The position numbers were made by a program, and so were the translations under genes. Under the pieces are notes generated by a model. That model was not told the DNA's origin. It was given only the letters and a program-made list of their open reading frames with translations, and made no database searches. A DNA stretch of 62,499 nucleotides, the filler included, from Nitrospinae bacterium RIFCSPLOWO2_12_FULL_45_22 (GTDB lineage Bacteria; 2-12-FULL-45-22), in the NCBI GenBank assembly GCA_001803565.1. It is 6 parts of 6 records of this genome, joined end to end, with 100 filler letters (N's around TTAATTAATTAA, not from the genome) between each part and the next. Parts side by side here need not be neighbours in the genome. Positions count along the whole stretch, not along the records: positions 19,346 to 27,301 come from MHDQ01000073.1; positions 27,402 to 41,617 come from MHDQ01000074.1; 4 more parts are not named here. One strand, given 5' to 3'. This document shows positions 19,346 to 28,779 of this stretch, in pieces (the stretch's first letter is position 1; each line of letters opens with the position of its first letter).

Positions 19346-21109
19346 TGGCCAGAAACGGTTCCGTAAATGTTCTGCTCAGCTAGAGTGACTTTTGGTTGGT
19401 AATCATGACGGGAAAATATCCCTCCCGGAGGAATACCACCAGGTGTATTTCTTCTCGCAAGCGTTCTCGTGAATAGGTTGTTTGATTCCAATGTATGTGA
19501 AAATGTTAATAGCAGCATCTCCTTCAATGTCTGGTCTGGTTCCTCATCTATGGCCTTGACTAATGTGGAGAGGCAAAGGAGCTGCCGGGGATTGAACATC
19601 TGATGCCAGTAGTTATAGTGATGTTCAAGCAAACGGTGAGTTTCTTGCCCATCAGGGATTTTTTGTTTGGGATAGGGCAGGATCCCTTTTTCTCTCTCCC
19701 ATATCTGGCAGGCATTCTGGTATCGGGCAAGGTCTGGAGGAGTAATCTTCTTGAAAAACTTTCCGTTGTTNNNNNNNNNNNNNNNNNNNNNNNNNNNNNN
19801 NNNNNAACTTTCCGTTGTTCTTCGTGAGCAGGCAGGGATGGTCAGTTATTCTCTTGAATTTTTTGCCTCTGCCATAAAGGGCTAATTGATGGAGACCAAT
19901 ATCTTCTTCTATATCCCTTGCACAAACATTGCAATAGCCTTCTATAGCATAGGGACGCATAGGAAGAAGCTGATCCTCTGGCAGTTTTCTTATAGAATTT
20001 ATTATTCGATCGGTGTGTCCACAGGCAGGGCATAGAAACCAACCATTCTTAGGGACATTGCCCTGCATGGGGTTATAGGTTTCCTCACAAACGGGGCAAC
20101 AGACCTGATCGGGAAGATTCCCCCGCCACTGCCATACCGCATAGCAATAAGGACATAGAAGGACCGTTAATGGAACCTTTTTTCGCTCCATTTTGGAGGA
20201 TTTGGATATCGGTTTTACATTTTTGTTGCACCAGGGACACTTTACTAAGTTTTGAGTTTTGAGTTTTGAGTTTTGAGTTGAAAGGGGGGCATAGCTCCAG
20301 CGCGCGGTAGTTCGGCCCATGCCGGCGGAATAGGTCGGGCTTGCTATACAGAGACTCGGTTCAGCAATGAGACTGGCAGGTTCTACTTCCCAATCAAATG
20401 TCTTTCTGCACTCAGGGCATTCGACATCACGGTTATATCTTATGGAGGGAGACTTGGGCACAATGATATAGTCCGAAAAAAGGGGGACCTCCTTACGGCA
20501 GAGCGGATTGGTGCAAATAGCCGATTTGACCCAGAAGGTATAGATAGTATCTGCCTCTTCTCTGCCGGCGCCACAGCAGGGGCACTCGGTTTTGTACTGT
20601 TCCAAAAGAGTCTCTTTGACCGATTTGCCGTTCCAGGCAACCTTACGCCCTGCCAGACGCCCAAATGATGCCTTGAGTTCGTCAATATCGACCGGTTCGA
20701 CTTCGGTCTTCACGATAAACCAGGCAACAGGATTGAGGTCTATCCCGATAACCTTACATCCAAGCCGCAATGCCTCCACTACCGTGGTACCGCCCCCCAT
20801 AAAGGGGTCAAGGATGACCTTTCCTTTGGTATCCGGGTCATTGGTATGATCTTTATAGAACTCCTCCATAATGACCTCAGCACCACTTTTGAGGGGCTTG
20901 CCATTTTCATCCAGGGGGAGGGGTTTCATACAGCCCAGAAGGATGGCCCGGAATACACAGGAGGCCCGGCGGGCAAACCATTTGTGCATTTGATAGATAG
21001 GTTTAAAGGCATTCCTCTCGGGGATGGCCAGCCGATTTATCTCCACAATGGGAAAGGAATCCTCAATGGCATATTTAGTATAATTTGGATGCGAATCACT
21101 CACCCTCAA
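19346..21109 (-). CDS. DUF1156-family adenine DNA methylase with Zn ribbons (3' partial)
   Basis: IYQMHKWFARRASCVFRAILL, ILDPFMGGGT, many CxxC; the two track ORFs join in frame once the false gap at 19771-19805 is collapsed. Confidence 0.88.
19771..19805. other. False scaffold gap
   Basis: AACTTTCCGTTGTT is present on both sides of the Ns. Confidence 0.85.
20248..20279. repeat. (AGTTTTG)4 tandem heptamer inside the methylase gene
   Basis: Four exact copies plus AGTT; encodes TQNSKLKTQN. Confidence 0.95.
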
Positions 21110-21176
21110 TTTCTCCTTGATAAATGTAGCAATCTAAATAGCAAATGGAGCAGTTTTAAACTTAAAAAGTAACATT

Positions 21177-21197
21177 CCTGTCTGCCGCCAGGCAGGT
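21177..21197. repeat. Mini palindrome, CCTGCCTG...GCAGACAGG family
   Basis: Reverse strand ACCTGCCTGGCGGCAGACAGG. Confidence 0.7.
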
Positions 21198-21311
21198 TAG
21201 ATTGCTTCATTTTTATTAATAGGTGGGTTGCGTACGTATTTATGCAACATTTTAAAACCGTTTTGAGACACTTTAAAATTCGTGAGTGTGCATATTAGAG
21301 TGTTTCATAAG

Positions 21312-22973
21312 CTAATTTATGAGCTTTGTATATTTCATGCCCTTACCGGTTCCCGTCTTTATTAATAAACCAAGATCAACCAGCCTTTGAGCGATTCTTA
21401 ATGCAGTATACCTTGGAACATGGAGAGTGGCCCGGATATCTTCATTCTTAAGATACCCTTTTTTCACCAGAATCGGTTCCAATGCCCTATATTCCTCAGA
21501 CAGGTCTTTCATCTGCTTCTCAGAGGGCATCTCTATTTTATAAACCCTGCCTCCCTTCCTCAATAATCTCGCAACCCTTTTTTTCATCATTTCTTTAATT
21601 TCTCTTGCCGCCGTGTAAATATCGACCTTGCATATTTTCTGCCAATTCCTGCTGGTGAATGAACCACCATGAGATCGAGCAAAGAGCAACATGCGTTTCT
21701 GATTAGGATTCAGCTTTAGGTAATTAAACTGCTCAAGCCATTCTATATCTTCGAGTGAATACATCGGTTGATTCTTTAAAGTAACAGAAAATAGTGAATC
21801 AGCTACAATCTCAATCTTTGGAGGGTATAATCCATTCTTTTCCATCTCCTCAAACATCCGTGGGATTCCTTCCCCGGTCTCTCGCATGTAGCCCAAATCA
21901 GTCAGTATCCGGACAATAAGAGGATTTCTACTGGCATGAACCCGTTCCCTTTCAAGAATCTTTTCCAGGGTGACTGGTTCGGGTGGCAAGCCGGGGCTAC
22001 GGATTTCTATCCGGTCATCAAACATCCATACCTCAATAGACAACCCCTGAATACTGTAATCTCTGTGGGCAACAGCATTTACAATGGCCTCCTGCCAGGC
22101 AAAAGAGGGATACTCGATTTTTTCAACAAAAAATAGGTCATGTAGATATTGCCTCTCTTTTATGTGGGCAGAAATTGCTTTATATGCCTCCTCAATCAGC
22201 CTTACCAACGGAAGCTCCAACCTCACTCGTTTGACAATATTCAATGCTCTGCCTGTTTTTCTTTCCGTCCCTTCATATTTGATAAAATCAATACCGCATC
22301 TGGGATGCCACCGAAGAGGGTCTTTCCCGAAAAGGAGAAGCGCGGCTAGATTAAATCTGGGATTCCCATTGTCATAATCTATCAAACGATACTGGCTAAG
22401 TATATCCTCATGGCTTCCATTTATAGCTACCTTTTTAGCGAAATCTGATATAAGTTCTGCCGAGAGATCATTCCATAAAGCAGTTAGTTCAATACGACTA
22501 TCAAAGATAGCCTTTCTTTTCCCCATTTTGAGCAATTCGATTTGATTTGCAGGAAAAGGTGTATTCGAATCGCCAATTCTGAGCAGATAGCGACCATCAG
22601 ATAACTGATACGCATCGGGCATCCAGTGAGTGCTAAAAATAAAAACCCATTTTCCAGGAAAAGCAGCTTTATCAATTTTAACGCCTAAGGGAGGTGCTAT
22701 CAGATTCTTAGGTGCATCCAGGATAATTCTGATTTTGTCATCAGGAAAATCGACGCCAGAGACATTCCCGTCATCGTCGACTCCTAATAAAAGTGTCCCT
22801 CCGTCAGCGTTGGCAAAGGCCGATAGCGTCTCTGCAACATCTTTGGCAACATCCTTAGCTTTTCTAAGTTTCCATTTGCCTTCTATATACCCATAACAGC
22901 TCTTTCGTTCCAGAAACTGTCCTTCGGGTTGGCGAAGCAGCCGTTCAATGTTGATTCTACTCATTGCTTTCAC
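21312..22973 (-). CDS. Schlafen/AlbA_2 + HATPase_c_4 + HTH protein
   Basis: EGQFLERKS, AFANADGGTLLLGVDDDG, EAIVNAVAHRDY, SPGLP, SRNPLI, GEGIPRM. Confidence 0.88.
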   Translation of the reverse strand: MKAMSRINIERLLRQPEGQFLERKSCYGYIEGKWKLRKAKDVAKDVAETLSAFANADGGTLLLGVDDDGNVSGVDFPDDKIRIILDAPKNLIAPPLGVKIDKAAFPGKWVFIFSTHWMPDAYQLSDGRYLLRIGDSNTPFPANQIELLKMGKRKAIFDSRIELTALWNDLSAELISDFAKKVAINGSHEDILSQYRLIDYDNGNPRFNLAALLLFGKDPLRWHPRCGIDFIKYEGTERKTGRALNIVKRVRLELPLVRLIEEAYKAISAHIKERQYLHDLFFVEKIEYPSFAWQEAIVNAVAHRDYSIQGLSIEVWMFDDRIEIRSPGLPPEPVTLEKILERERVHASRNPLIVRILTDLGYMRETGEGIPRMFEEMEKNGLYPPKIEIVADSLFSVTLKNQPMYSLEDIEWLEQFNYLKLNPNQKRMLLFARSHGGSFTSRNWQKICKVDIYTAAREIKEMMKKRVARLLRKGGRVYKIEMPSEKQMKDLSEEYRALEPILVKKGYLKNEDIRATLHVPRYTALRIAQRLVDLGLLIKTGTGKGMKYTKLIN

Positions 22974-23951
22974 CTATTCTAAAACAATCCAGGGGACCAG
23001 CATCTCCATTATGGAAAGGCCTCCATGTTTGTACAGCATACTCGCTGTTTTACCCTGGGGATGGGTCTGAATACGTCCCTTTAAAACCGCAACCTTCAGG
23101 TTACGATATACTGCCAGGTCAGGATGATCCGGTGGATTAATATTCTCATCAGTTAGGTACCGGTAACGCTCACCTCCAAGATATGCAATTAATGGTCTTA
23201 ACTCCAGATTGGATCTCGGAAACGATAGGCCCGCTCCAAGATACATGTATCCATGGTCACTGGTTAGCAAAATCTTGCGCCCGCGAGGGATCTGCTGGAC
23301 GGTGTTAAGCCATGCCGTTTCAAGGAGTTTATGCATTTGTATAAAATGCTGCGGAAAACGGGCACCACTATCACTATAGGTATTATCAGGAAAGGCTGAC
23401 CATAGGAGTAATTTTGGGGAATGTCGATCAAGAGGAAACTGTTGGCTCGGGTTGTTATAGTAATATACTGCCATGTCCTTTTCTTTAATTTGACCCCTTT
23501 TGGGGAGTTGAGATGGGGAAACCCTTCCTAATTTCAATTTGTGCGCTATAAAGTCAATGCTTTCTGTCGGTAAGGTAGAATAGGATGTGCCAATTTCTTG
23601 AACAATAAAATTTGATTTTCTCGCAAGATCCAAAAGCGGAGGAATCTCCCTGAGGGATAATCCATCAAAGATAACAAGGGCGGTTGGTTCATCCATTTCG
23701 AGGAAATGCAAAATATTTCGCCCATGGAGGGGCTCATCAAGGAATTCATCATAAAGCCTATGTGCTGCATGGGCTATAATCTCCTCGAGGGTGTTGATCT
23801 CTAATTCACCATCATTCAAGTACTGCAATGCAGAAAGGTTTTGATAACGTTCAGCCGACCAGACTTCTCCTAACAGCCACTTTTCCAGCCATGCAACTCT
23901 GGGTCCCGGTCTAATCAGACTTTCAAAATTATCTAAGACCAAATTACTCAT
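22974..23951 (-). CDS. Stand-alone PglZ-like alkaline phosphatase superfamily protein
   Basis: IFDGLSLRE, LPTES, TSDHGY, HGGLSIMEMLVP. Confidence 0.75.
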   Translation of the reverse strand: MSNLVLDNFESLIRPGPRVAWLEKWLLGEVWSAERYQNLSALQYLNDGELEINTLEEIIAHAAHRLYDEFLDEPLHGRNILHFLEMDEPTALVIFDGLSLREIPPLLDLARKSNFIVQEIGTSYSTLPTESIDFIAHKLKLGRVSPSQLPKRGQIKEKDMAVYYYNNPSQQFPLDRHSPKLLLWSAFPDNTYSDSGARFPQHFIQMHKLLETAWLNTVQQIPRGRKILLTSDHGYMYLGAGLSFPRSNLELRPLIAYLGGERYRYLTDENINPPDHPDLAVYRNLKVAVLKGRIQTHPQGKTASMLYKHGGLSIMEMLVPWIVLE

Positions 23952-26586
23952 CTTTCTCTTCCTTATCCTCGGATGATAGAATATCTAATCGGGCGGAATA
24001 ACTTGCGCCGGAAAGAGATGGGAGCGACTCGATGATCTTCTCAATTTCTCCTTTAGTGAAAGGGCCTTCCTTAGTAATTGTAATCTCTGCTGTGAGGGCC
24101 CCTTGTCCGCTAAGACTTCCCCTAAGAGAGGTAGGAAGAGCGCTGAGATCCCCCGTGCTTTTATCTAAAAATATGGTTGTGCGGATGCGGATTATCGTGG
24201 CATCAGGAAATTCCTGGAGTCGAACTGCAACGGCTTGCCGGAGTTCTCCGCTGCTTTCTTGAGGTGGAAGGCTAAGCTCCTCCTTTTTCTCCTCTATAAT
24301 AGGTGAAGGCTTAACCGGCGGAGTATCTTCTTGTTCCGTACCGGGATGGATAATCTCTTTTCTCTGGTCGGGCAATGTAATCAATGGAGGGCGGTCCGGA
24401 TGTTTTTCCAAGGGTTCTCCAATAGTTGCCTCTGATAGTTCTGTTTCTGTTAAATTTGGATTCTCGTGGGAGAAATTTCCCCGTGGATGCCGGATGCTAA
24501 TCTGCCCTTTTCGGCATAATTCTCGAAGGGCCTGACTGACCGATCTCACCGTGGTAGGGACAGGGAATCCCAGGGTAGAACTATACTGCCTATCTATCTC
24601 TTTTACGGTGAGGTTGAGAATCTCCTCTAGACGAGATGAAAGGTGCTCCTCAAATAATTGGGTAGGGAATAGTTGCTGAGAAAGGAAATTGAGAACATCT
24701 TCTTTGGTGGTTCCAGGAATAGCTTCTTCCTCGATGCGATCCTTATTTGGTGTGTCTCCATATTGTTCCCATCGGATAAAAACAAGTCCTGCTCGTTTGA
24801 TAGTGTCAATACAGTTATTTCTATCTTCCCGGGCAATTCTTTCATATTCAGCTCTACGCGCCGCATTTCTAGCCGTCCCGGCAAGCTCTTGAGCGGCAAG
24901 CTGTCTCTGGGCCCATTTGAGAAGGTCCCTATGAATATCAAGGTTAAATCTTGGCTCCTTTGGCTCCAGGAGAACAACCTGATTCCGCATTGGGATACCA
25001 TAAAATAGCTTATGCCGGTCTTCCGGACTCAACTTCCGTGGGGAAAGAATATAGCGGAGCCGATTCTTGTCAAGTCCATCCAATAGATTCTTGGTCTCCT
25101 CTTCGCCCTGGTAGATAATACAGTTCGGCTCCTTAAAAATATCGTCTTGCCAAAGGGTACGGAGGAAAGTGCGGGCCTTGCTCCCATCTGGGTCAATGGT
25201 TAAAGAACGGAATTCCACCTTGGCATCGGGATTTTCTTCCAGATCGAAGAAATATCTCCCTTCTTCTACCCAAAAATGTGAGGCATATTTTTGAAAGCTA
25301 AGGAGGGTCTTCTCGAAGTCATTTATATCAACCCTGGGAGTGAGGACGTGTCTTATTAGCTCTTCTCGGGTAGCACCACGGCCGCGGCCGGAGCTGGTGA
25401 GGGTATATAGCATCACCGTTGCACTGATATCGGATGCTAATGGTTGATCTTTTAATTCATCAAGGTTCCCCCGGGCCCTTGAAATTAAGTCTCCACTTGG
25501 ATCAAGATCGGAAAGTCTGGTAGCTACCTCCCTGTCATGTAGATTAGCATGGGCCGCGGTTATGAAATCTGCTTTGTCATGGGTCAACCTGACCATATTT
25601 GCCAAAAATCCTAATGCCCCGCGAACGCTTTGAAACCCACCTCGGGCAGGTACTCTTTCCAAAATCAGCTCAAGCACCTCGGGCAAAAAAGGATATGTTA
25701 GAAGCATCTTTGACCGGTACTCTTCGGATGAAGAGATTTGTTGCCGGCGCCAGGTATTCAGGTAGCTATCAATAATGGAAGCGCATGCATTATGGTTGAA
25801 ATCTATGTAATTTTCAAAGAGTCTATGAAGGACCACCTTTGCCCTATCGGCAGAATGAGCAAATTGGATACGGCAACTAGGAACCCTTTTGAGCGTACTT
25901 CCTGGCTCTTCCTGGTCACTATAGATGCTCGCAAACACAGTGACCTTATCGGAGCGGTTTGCCCATTCCGAGAGCATCTGAAGGAATGCTACGTTCTGTG
26001 CTTTTATAGATGGCTCGCTTATTACCCGGATACCTTGTTCCAGCTCATCCAATATAAGAATCAATCTTTTATCTCCAAAAACTTTCTCCACTTCTGGCAA
26101 GCTTGGCTGGATGATGCTTTGCTTGGAGCGCCGTTTTGACAATTTCTCAAATAGGAAATCCCAGATTGAATATAGGGGCAAGTCTGTGAATTTATTTACG
26201 ACTACTACGGTATCATGAGGAAGTTCACAGTTCAGCTTATGAATATCAAGCCAGTCCTTGGCTACTCCATAATTCTTAAATAGATGATAAATCATGAGGA
26301 GTAAGTGAGATTTTCCACTCCCTTTGAGCCCCTCAAAAAGAAACAATCCGGGAGTGTCTTTATGCCCTGAAAACCTATCAGATAGTTTCTGAATAACCCG
26401 GCGAATATCTGCGGTAGGATAAGTTAGGGAGAAAAACCTTCGAGGGTCCCTCTCAAGTTTTTGACCCGTGGGTTCTTCAAGATTTGCAAGGTCTATGATT
26501 CCATCGATTCCCTCATCAGAAAGGGCCTCTGACCTTGGTCGAAGTATTTTAGAGAAGGCCATAATAAAAATCCTCCCAATAGTCAC
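23944..26586 (-). CDS. DUF499/BrxC-like AAA+ ATPase
   Basis: FFSLTYPT, Walker A GLKGSGKSH, Walker B LILDE, YPFLPE, FQSVRGAL; start may be ATG 8 codons downstream. Confidence 0.8.
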   Translation of the reverse strand: MTIGRIFIMAFSKILRPRSEALSDEGIDGIIDLANLEEPTGQKLERDPRRFFSLTYPTADIRRVIQKLSDRFSGHKDTPGLFLFEGLKGSGKSHLLLMIYHLFKNYGVAKDWLDIHKLNCELPHDTVVVVNKFTDLPLYSIWDFLFEKLSKRRSKQSIIQPSLPEVEKVFGDKRLILILDELEQGIRVISEPSIKAQNVAFLQMLSEWANRSDKVTVFASIYSDQEEPGSTLKRVPSCRIQFAHSADRAKVVLHRLFENYIDFNHNACASIIDSYLNTWRRQQISSSEEYRSKMLLTYPFLPEVLELILERVPARGGFQSVRGALGFLANMVRLTHDKADFITAAHANLHDREVATRLSDLDPSGDLISRARGNLDELKDQPLASDISATVMLYTLTSSGRGRGATREELIRHVLTPRVDINDFEKTLLSFQKYASHFWVEEGRYFFDLEENPDAKVEFRSLTIDPDGSKARTFLRTLWQDDIFKEPNCIIYQGEEETKNLLDGLDKNRLRYILSPRKLSPEDRHKLFYGIPMRNQVVLLEPKEPRFNLDIHRDLLKWAQRQLAAQELAGTARNAARRAEYERIAREDRNNCIDTIKRAGLVFIRWEQYGDTPNKDRIEEEAIPGTTKEDVLNFLSQQLFPTQLFEEHLSSRLEEILNLTVKEIDRQYSSTLGFPVPTTVRSVSQALRELCRKGQISIRHPRGNFSHENPNLTETELSEATIGEPLEKHPDRPPLITLPDQRKEIIHPGTEQEDTPPVKPSPIIEEKKEELSLPPQESSGELRQAVAVRLQEFPDATIIRIRTTIFLDKSTGDLSALPTSLRGSLSGQGALTAEITITKEGPFTKGEIEKIIESLPSLSGASYSARLDILSSEDKEEKDE

Positions 26587-26804
26587 TTTCTATTCTGTAT
26601 CTTTTGCCGCTTTTTTGTCTTAATCTTGTGATTCATTTTCTTGTTATCTTCAATCCAGTTATTAATATCCTCACGCTTAAACCTCCAGGCCCCCCCCACT
26701 TTAAAGCCTGGCAACTGTCCCCGCTCCAGAAGATTGTAAATAGTCCTTTCTGTTACATTGAGATACTTAGCTAGTTCTTTAATCGTCAGAGTCGATTCTG
26801 TCAT
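26583..26804 (-). CDS. Excisionase-like HTH regulator
   Basis: LTIKELAKYLNVTERTIYNL..GQLPGFKVGGAWRF. Confidence 0.9.
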   Translation of the reverse strand: MTESTLTIKELAKYLNVTERTIYNLLERGQLPGFKVGGAWRFKREDINNWIEDNKKMNHKIKTKKRQKIQNRK

Positions 26805-26937
26805 TGTGCCCTTCCCATGCGATCAAGCTTCTCACTACTGGTAATGAATTATATAGTTTTATATTATATTCATAAATATTCAAATATAAAGGCTAAAAAA
26901 GATTTCTATGGAATTGGGGCTTTTCAACGGTACCTAA

Positions 26938-27300
26938 TTAGATATGAAATTCTATGATATCTCCCTCTTGAAGGATATAATCTCTATGGACCAGTTGACC
27001 GGCATATTTATCTTTACCCCAGATCCTGGCAAATTTTAATCTTTCAGCAAAATCTTTATGGATAGATTGGCCCACATCAACTACATTGCTCCCTTTCTTC
27101 ATAGCCAACGGTTCATTATAGTTTACCTCTTTACCCGGGGCCCTGGTATATACCCGGACAATATCCAGTGCGTTATATATTTGATTTTTTAGCTCCTCCA
27201 GGTTAATGCCTTTCTCAGCAGAGACAGGAACGATAGAATATCTTTCCCCATATAATTCCTGCAGGACGGTTAAGTTTTCCTGGCTCTCTGGTAGATCAGC
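26938..27300 (-). CDS. DRG-family GTPase with TGS domain (5' partial, absent from ORF track)
   Basis: Manual translation ...PVSAEKGINLEELKNQIYNALDIVRVYTRAPG...IHKDFAERLKFARIWG...GQLVHRDYILQEGDIIEFHI*. Confidence 0.8.
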   Translation of the reverse strand, partial: ADLPESQENLTVLQELYGERYSIVPVSAEKGINLEELKNQIYNALDIVRVYTRAPGKEVNYNEPLAMKKGSNVVDVGQSIHKDFAERLKFARIWGKDKYAGQLVHRDYILQEGDIIEFHI

Positions 27301-27301
27301 C

Positions 27302-27401
27302 NNNNNNNNNNNNNNNNNNNNNNNNNNNNNNNNNNNNNNNNNNNNTTAATTAATTAANNNNNNNNNNNNNNNNNNNNNNNNNNNNNNNNNNNNNNNNNNN
27401 N
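27302..27401. other. Artificial contig linker
   Basis: N-TTAATTAATTAA-N, 100 bp. Confidence 0.98.
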
Positions 27402-27900
27402 ACCCTCTCGCCATTTCTTTGACGGAATACGTCTGGGTTGATAATCAGATACATCTATTATCTCCACCTCATCCTCAGGTCTTGCTTGAGGCGCTTCATC
27501 AGGTCTCTGGATACCCTGTTTCTTGCGTATCCCCCGGGATTTATTTGTCTGCGTGCGACGCACAGGCAGGTTTGAATACCAGCCGTAGTAGCGTACCATC
27601 GGGAATGATTTCTCCGGGATATGTTGGGTAATGGCTGCTGTGAACTCTTCAGCCTGGTACATCTGGAAATTCTTTTTATTCTTCCCCCGGCTCATCCTGG
27701 AATGGTAGATAACTGTGCCCGTCTCCTCGATATAGCTCGTCTTCTCAAGGGAAAAGGTATTGCGGATAATATGCGGATAATATACTGTGATCGGGCCTCT
27801 CTTCCCTCTTCATCATCCCTTACCACCTTTACCCCGTTGTGCACACTAAAGCCGGAATGTCTCCAACTCATAAGATTGAGCAATTACCTTTTTTGGTCAA
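27402..27900 (-). mobile_element. IS91-family transposase pseudogene fragment
   Basis: SWRHSGFSVHN, QYIIR, QHIPEK...VRYYGWYSN across shifted frames. Confidence 0.82.
27546..27571. repeat. Mini palindrome inserted in frame in the transposase
   Basis: Reverse strand ACCTGCCTGTGCGTCGCACGCAGACA. Confidence 0.8.
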
Positions 27901-27930
27901 AATAAGCGAGAAACAAGTAATTTCATCTTA

Positions 27931-28557
27931 TCATCTATTTTTTTCTTCTGTCTTTGATCCTTCTTCTAGTCTCTTTAATAATTCTTCGGCCCTTTTCCGG
28001 TTCTCTTCTGAGCCTTTGCCAAATACCTCCATAATAGACTTTTTTTGCTCTGGGCTCAACGCCCTACGACCCTCACCCTTTTTCTTTGCGGACTGCAATG
28101 CCTCGATAAAAGGGTTAGGTGGGGTAGGTGTGGGTGAAGGGGGAGTAGCTATGGTGGAACCCTTAGGCCCAGGCCCGGATGAACGGGGAATAATATTGAC
28201 CTCTTTAACTGCATAAGGAGAGCCGGTTTGATCTGGGGAGAACACCATATAATAATCTGTCCCTTCCAGTAATTTTTTTAGCCCTTTTTCTAGGGGAAGG
28301 TTCTTGAACTCCATAGTAACCTTCCGTTCCACCGGCTTTTCCATAACGATCTTTATCCCACCCTGTCTGGATATTTCTTCCAGGACACCTTTTAACTGCC
28401 TATCTTGCAACGATACTGATAATAAGCCCTTTTCCAGCGTTACACCCGATGGAGGAGAAATCCCTTCCGGCCCCCCACCTGAAGCGCTTCCTGAAAGGAA
28501 GCAAATGGCATTTATCCAAATAAATAGTGTTAACCCACCAAGCCTTAACCTTTGCAT
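27931..28557 (-). CDS. Exported protein with secretin-N/STN-like domain and Pro-rich linker
   Basis: Signal-like N-terminus; LSVSLQDRQLKGVLEEISRQGGI...VTMEFKNLPLEKGLKKLL. Confidence 0.6.
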   Translation of the reverse strand: MQRLRLGGLTLFIWINAICFLSGSASGGGPEGISPPSGVTLEKGLLSVSLQDRQLKGVLEEISRQGGIKIVMEKPVERKVTMEFKNLPLEKGLKKLLEGTDYYMVFSPDQTGSPYAVKEVNIIPRSSGPGPKGSTIATPPSPTPTPPNPFIEALQSAKKKGEGRRALSPEQKKSIMEVFGKGSEENRKRAEELLKRLEEGSKTEEKNR

Positions 28558-28587
28558 GACCACTAACCTCCCTCTCTTTTGGTTATT

Positions 28588-28600
28588 NNNNNNNNNNNNN
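28588..28600. other. False scaffold gap
   Basis: CTCCCTCTCTTTTGGTTATT duplicated on both sides. Confidence 0.8.
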
Positions 28601-28779
28601 CTCCCTCTCTTTTGGTTATTGGTTATTGGGTCATTGGTCATTTACTAATGACCAGTAACTGATGACGATATGTTCATCTGCGTCCAAAATTTCTATAGTG
28701 TCATTGCAACTTGGTATTAGCCACAAAAATACACGAATGAGCATTAATGAAAGAAGCTGGAATTCGTGTCTATTTGTGG

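Noticed and set aside
26583-27900. IS91 remnant as carrier of the defence operon
   Set aside because: A linker at 27302-27401 separates them
28558-28641. N-terminal extension MTNDPITNNQ of the STN-like ORF
   Set aside because: Derived from a heptamer repeat and a false gap with duplicated flanks
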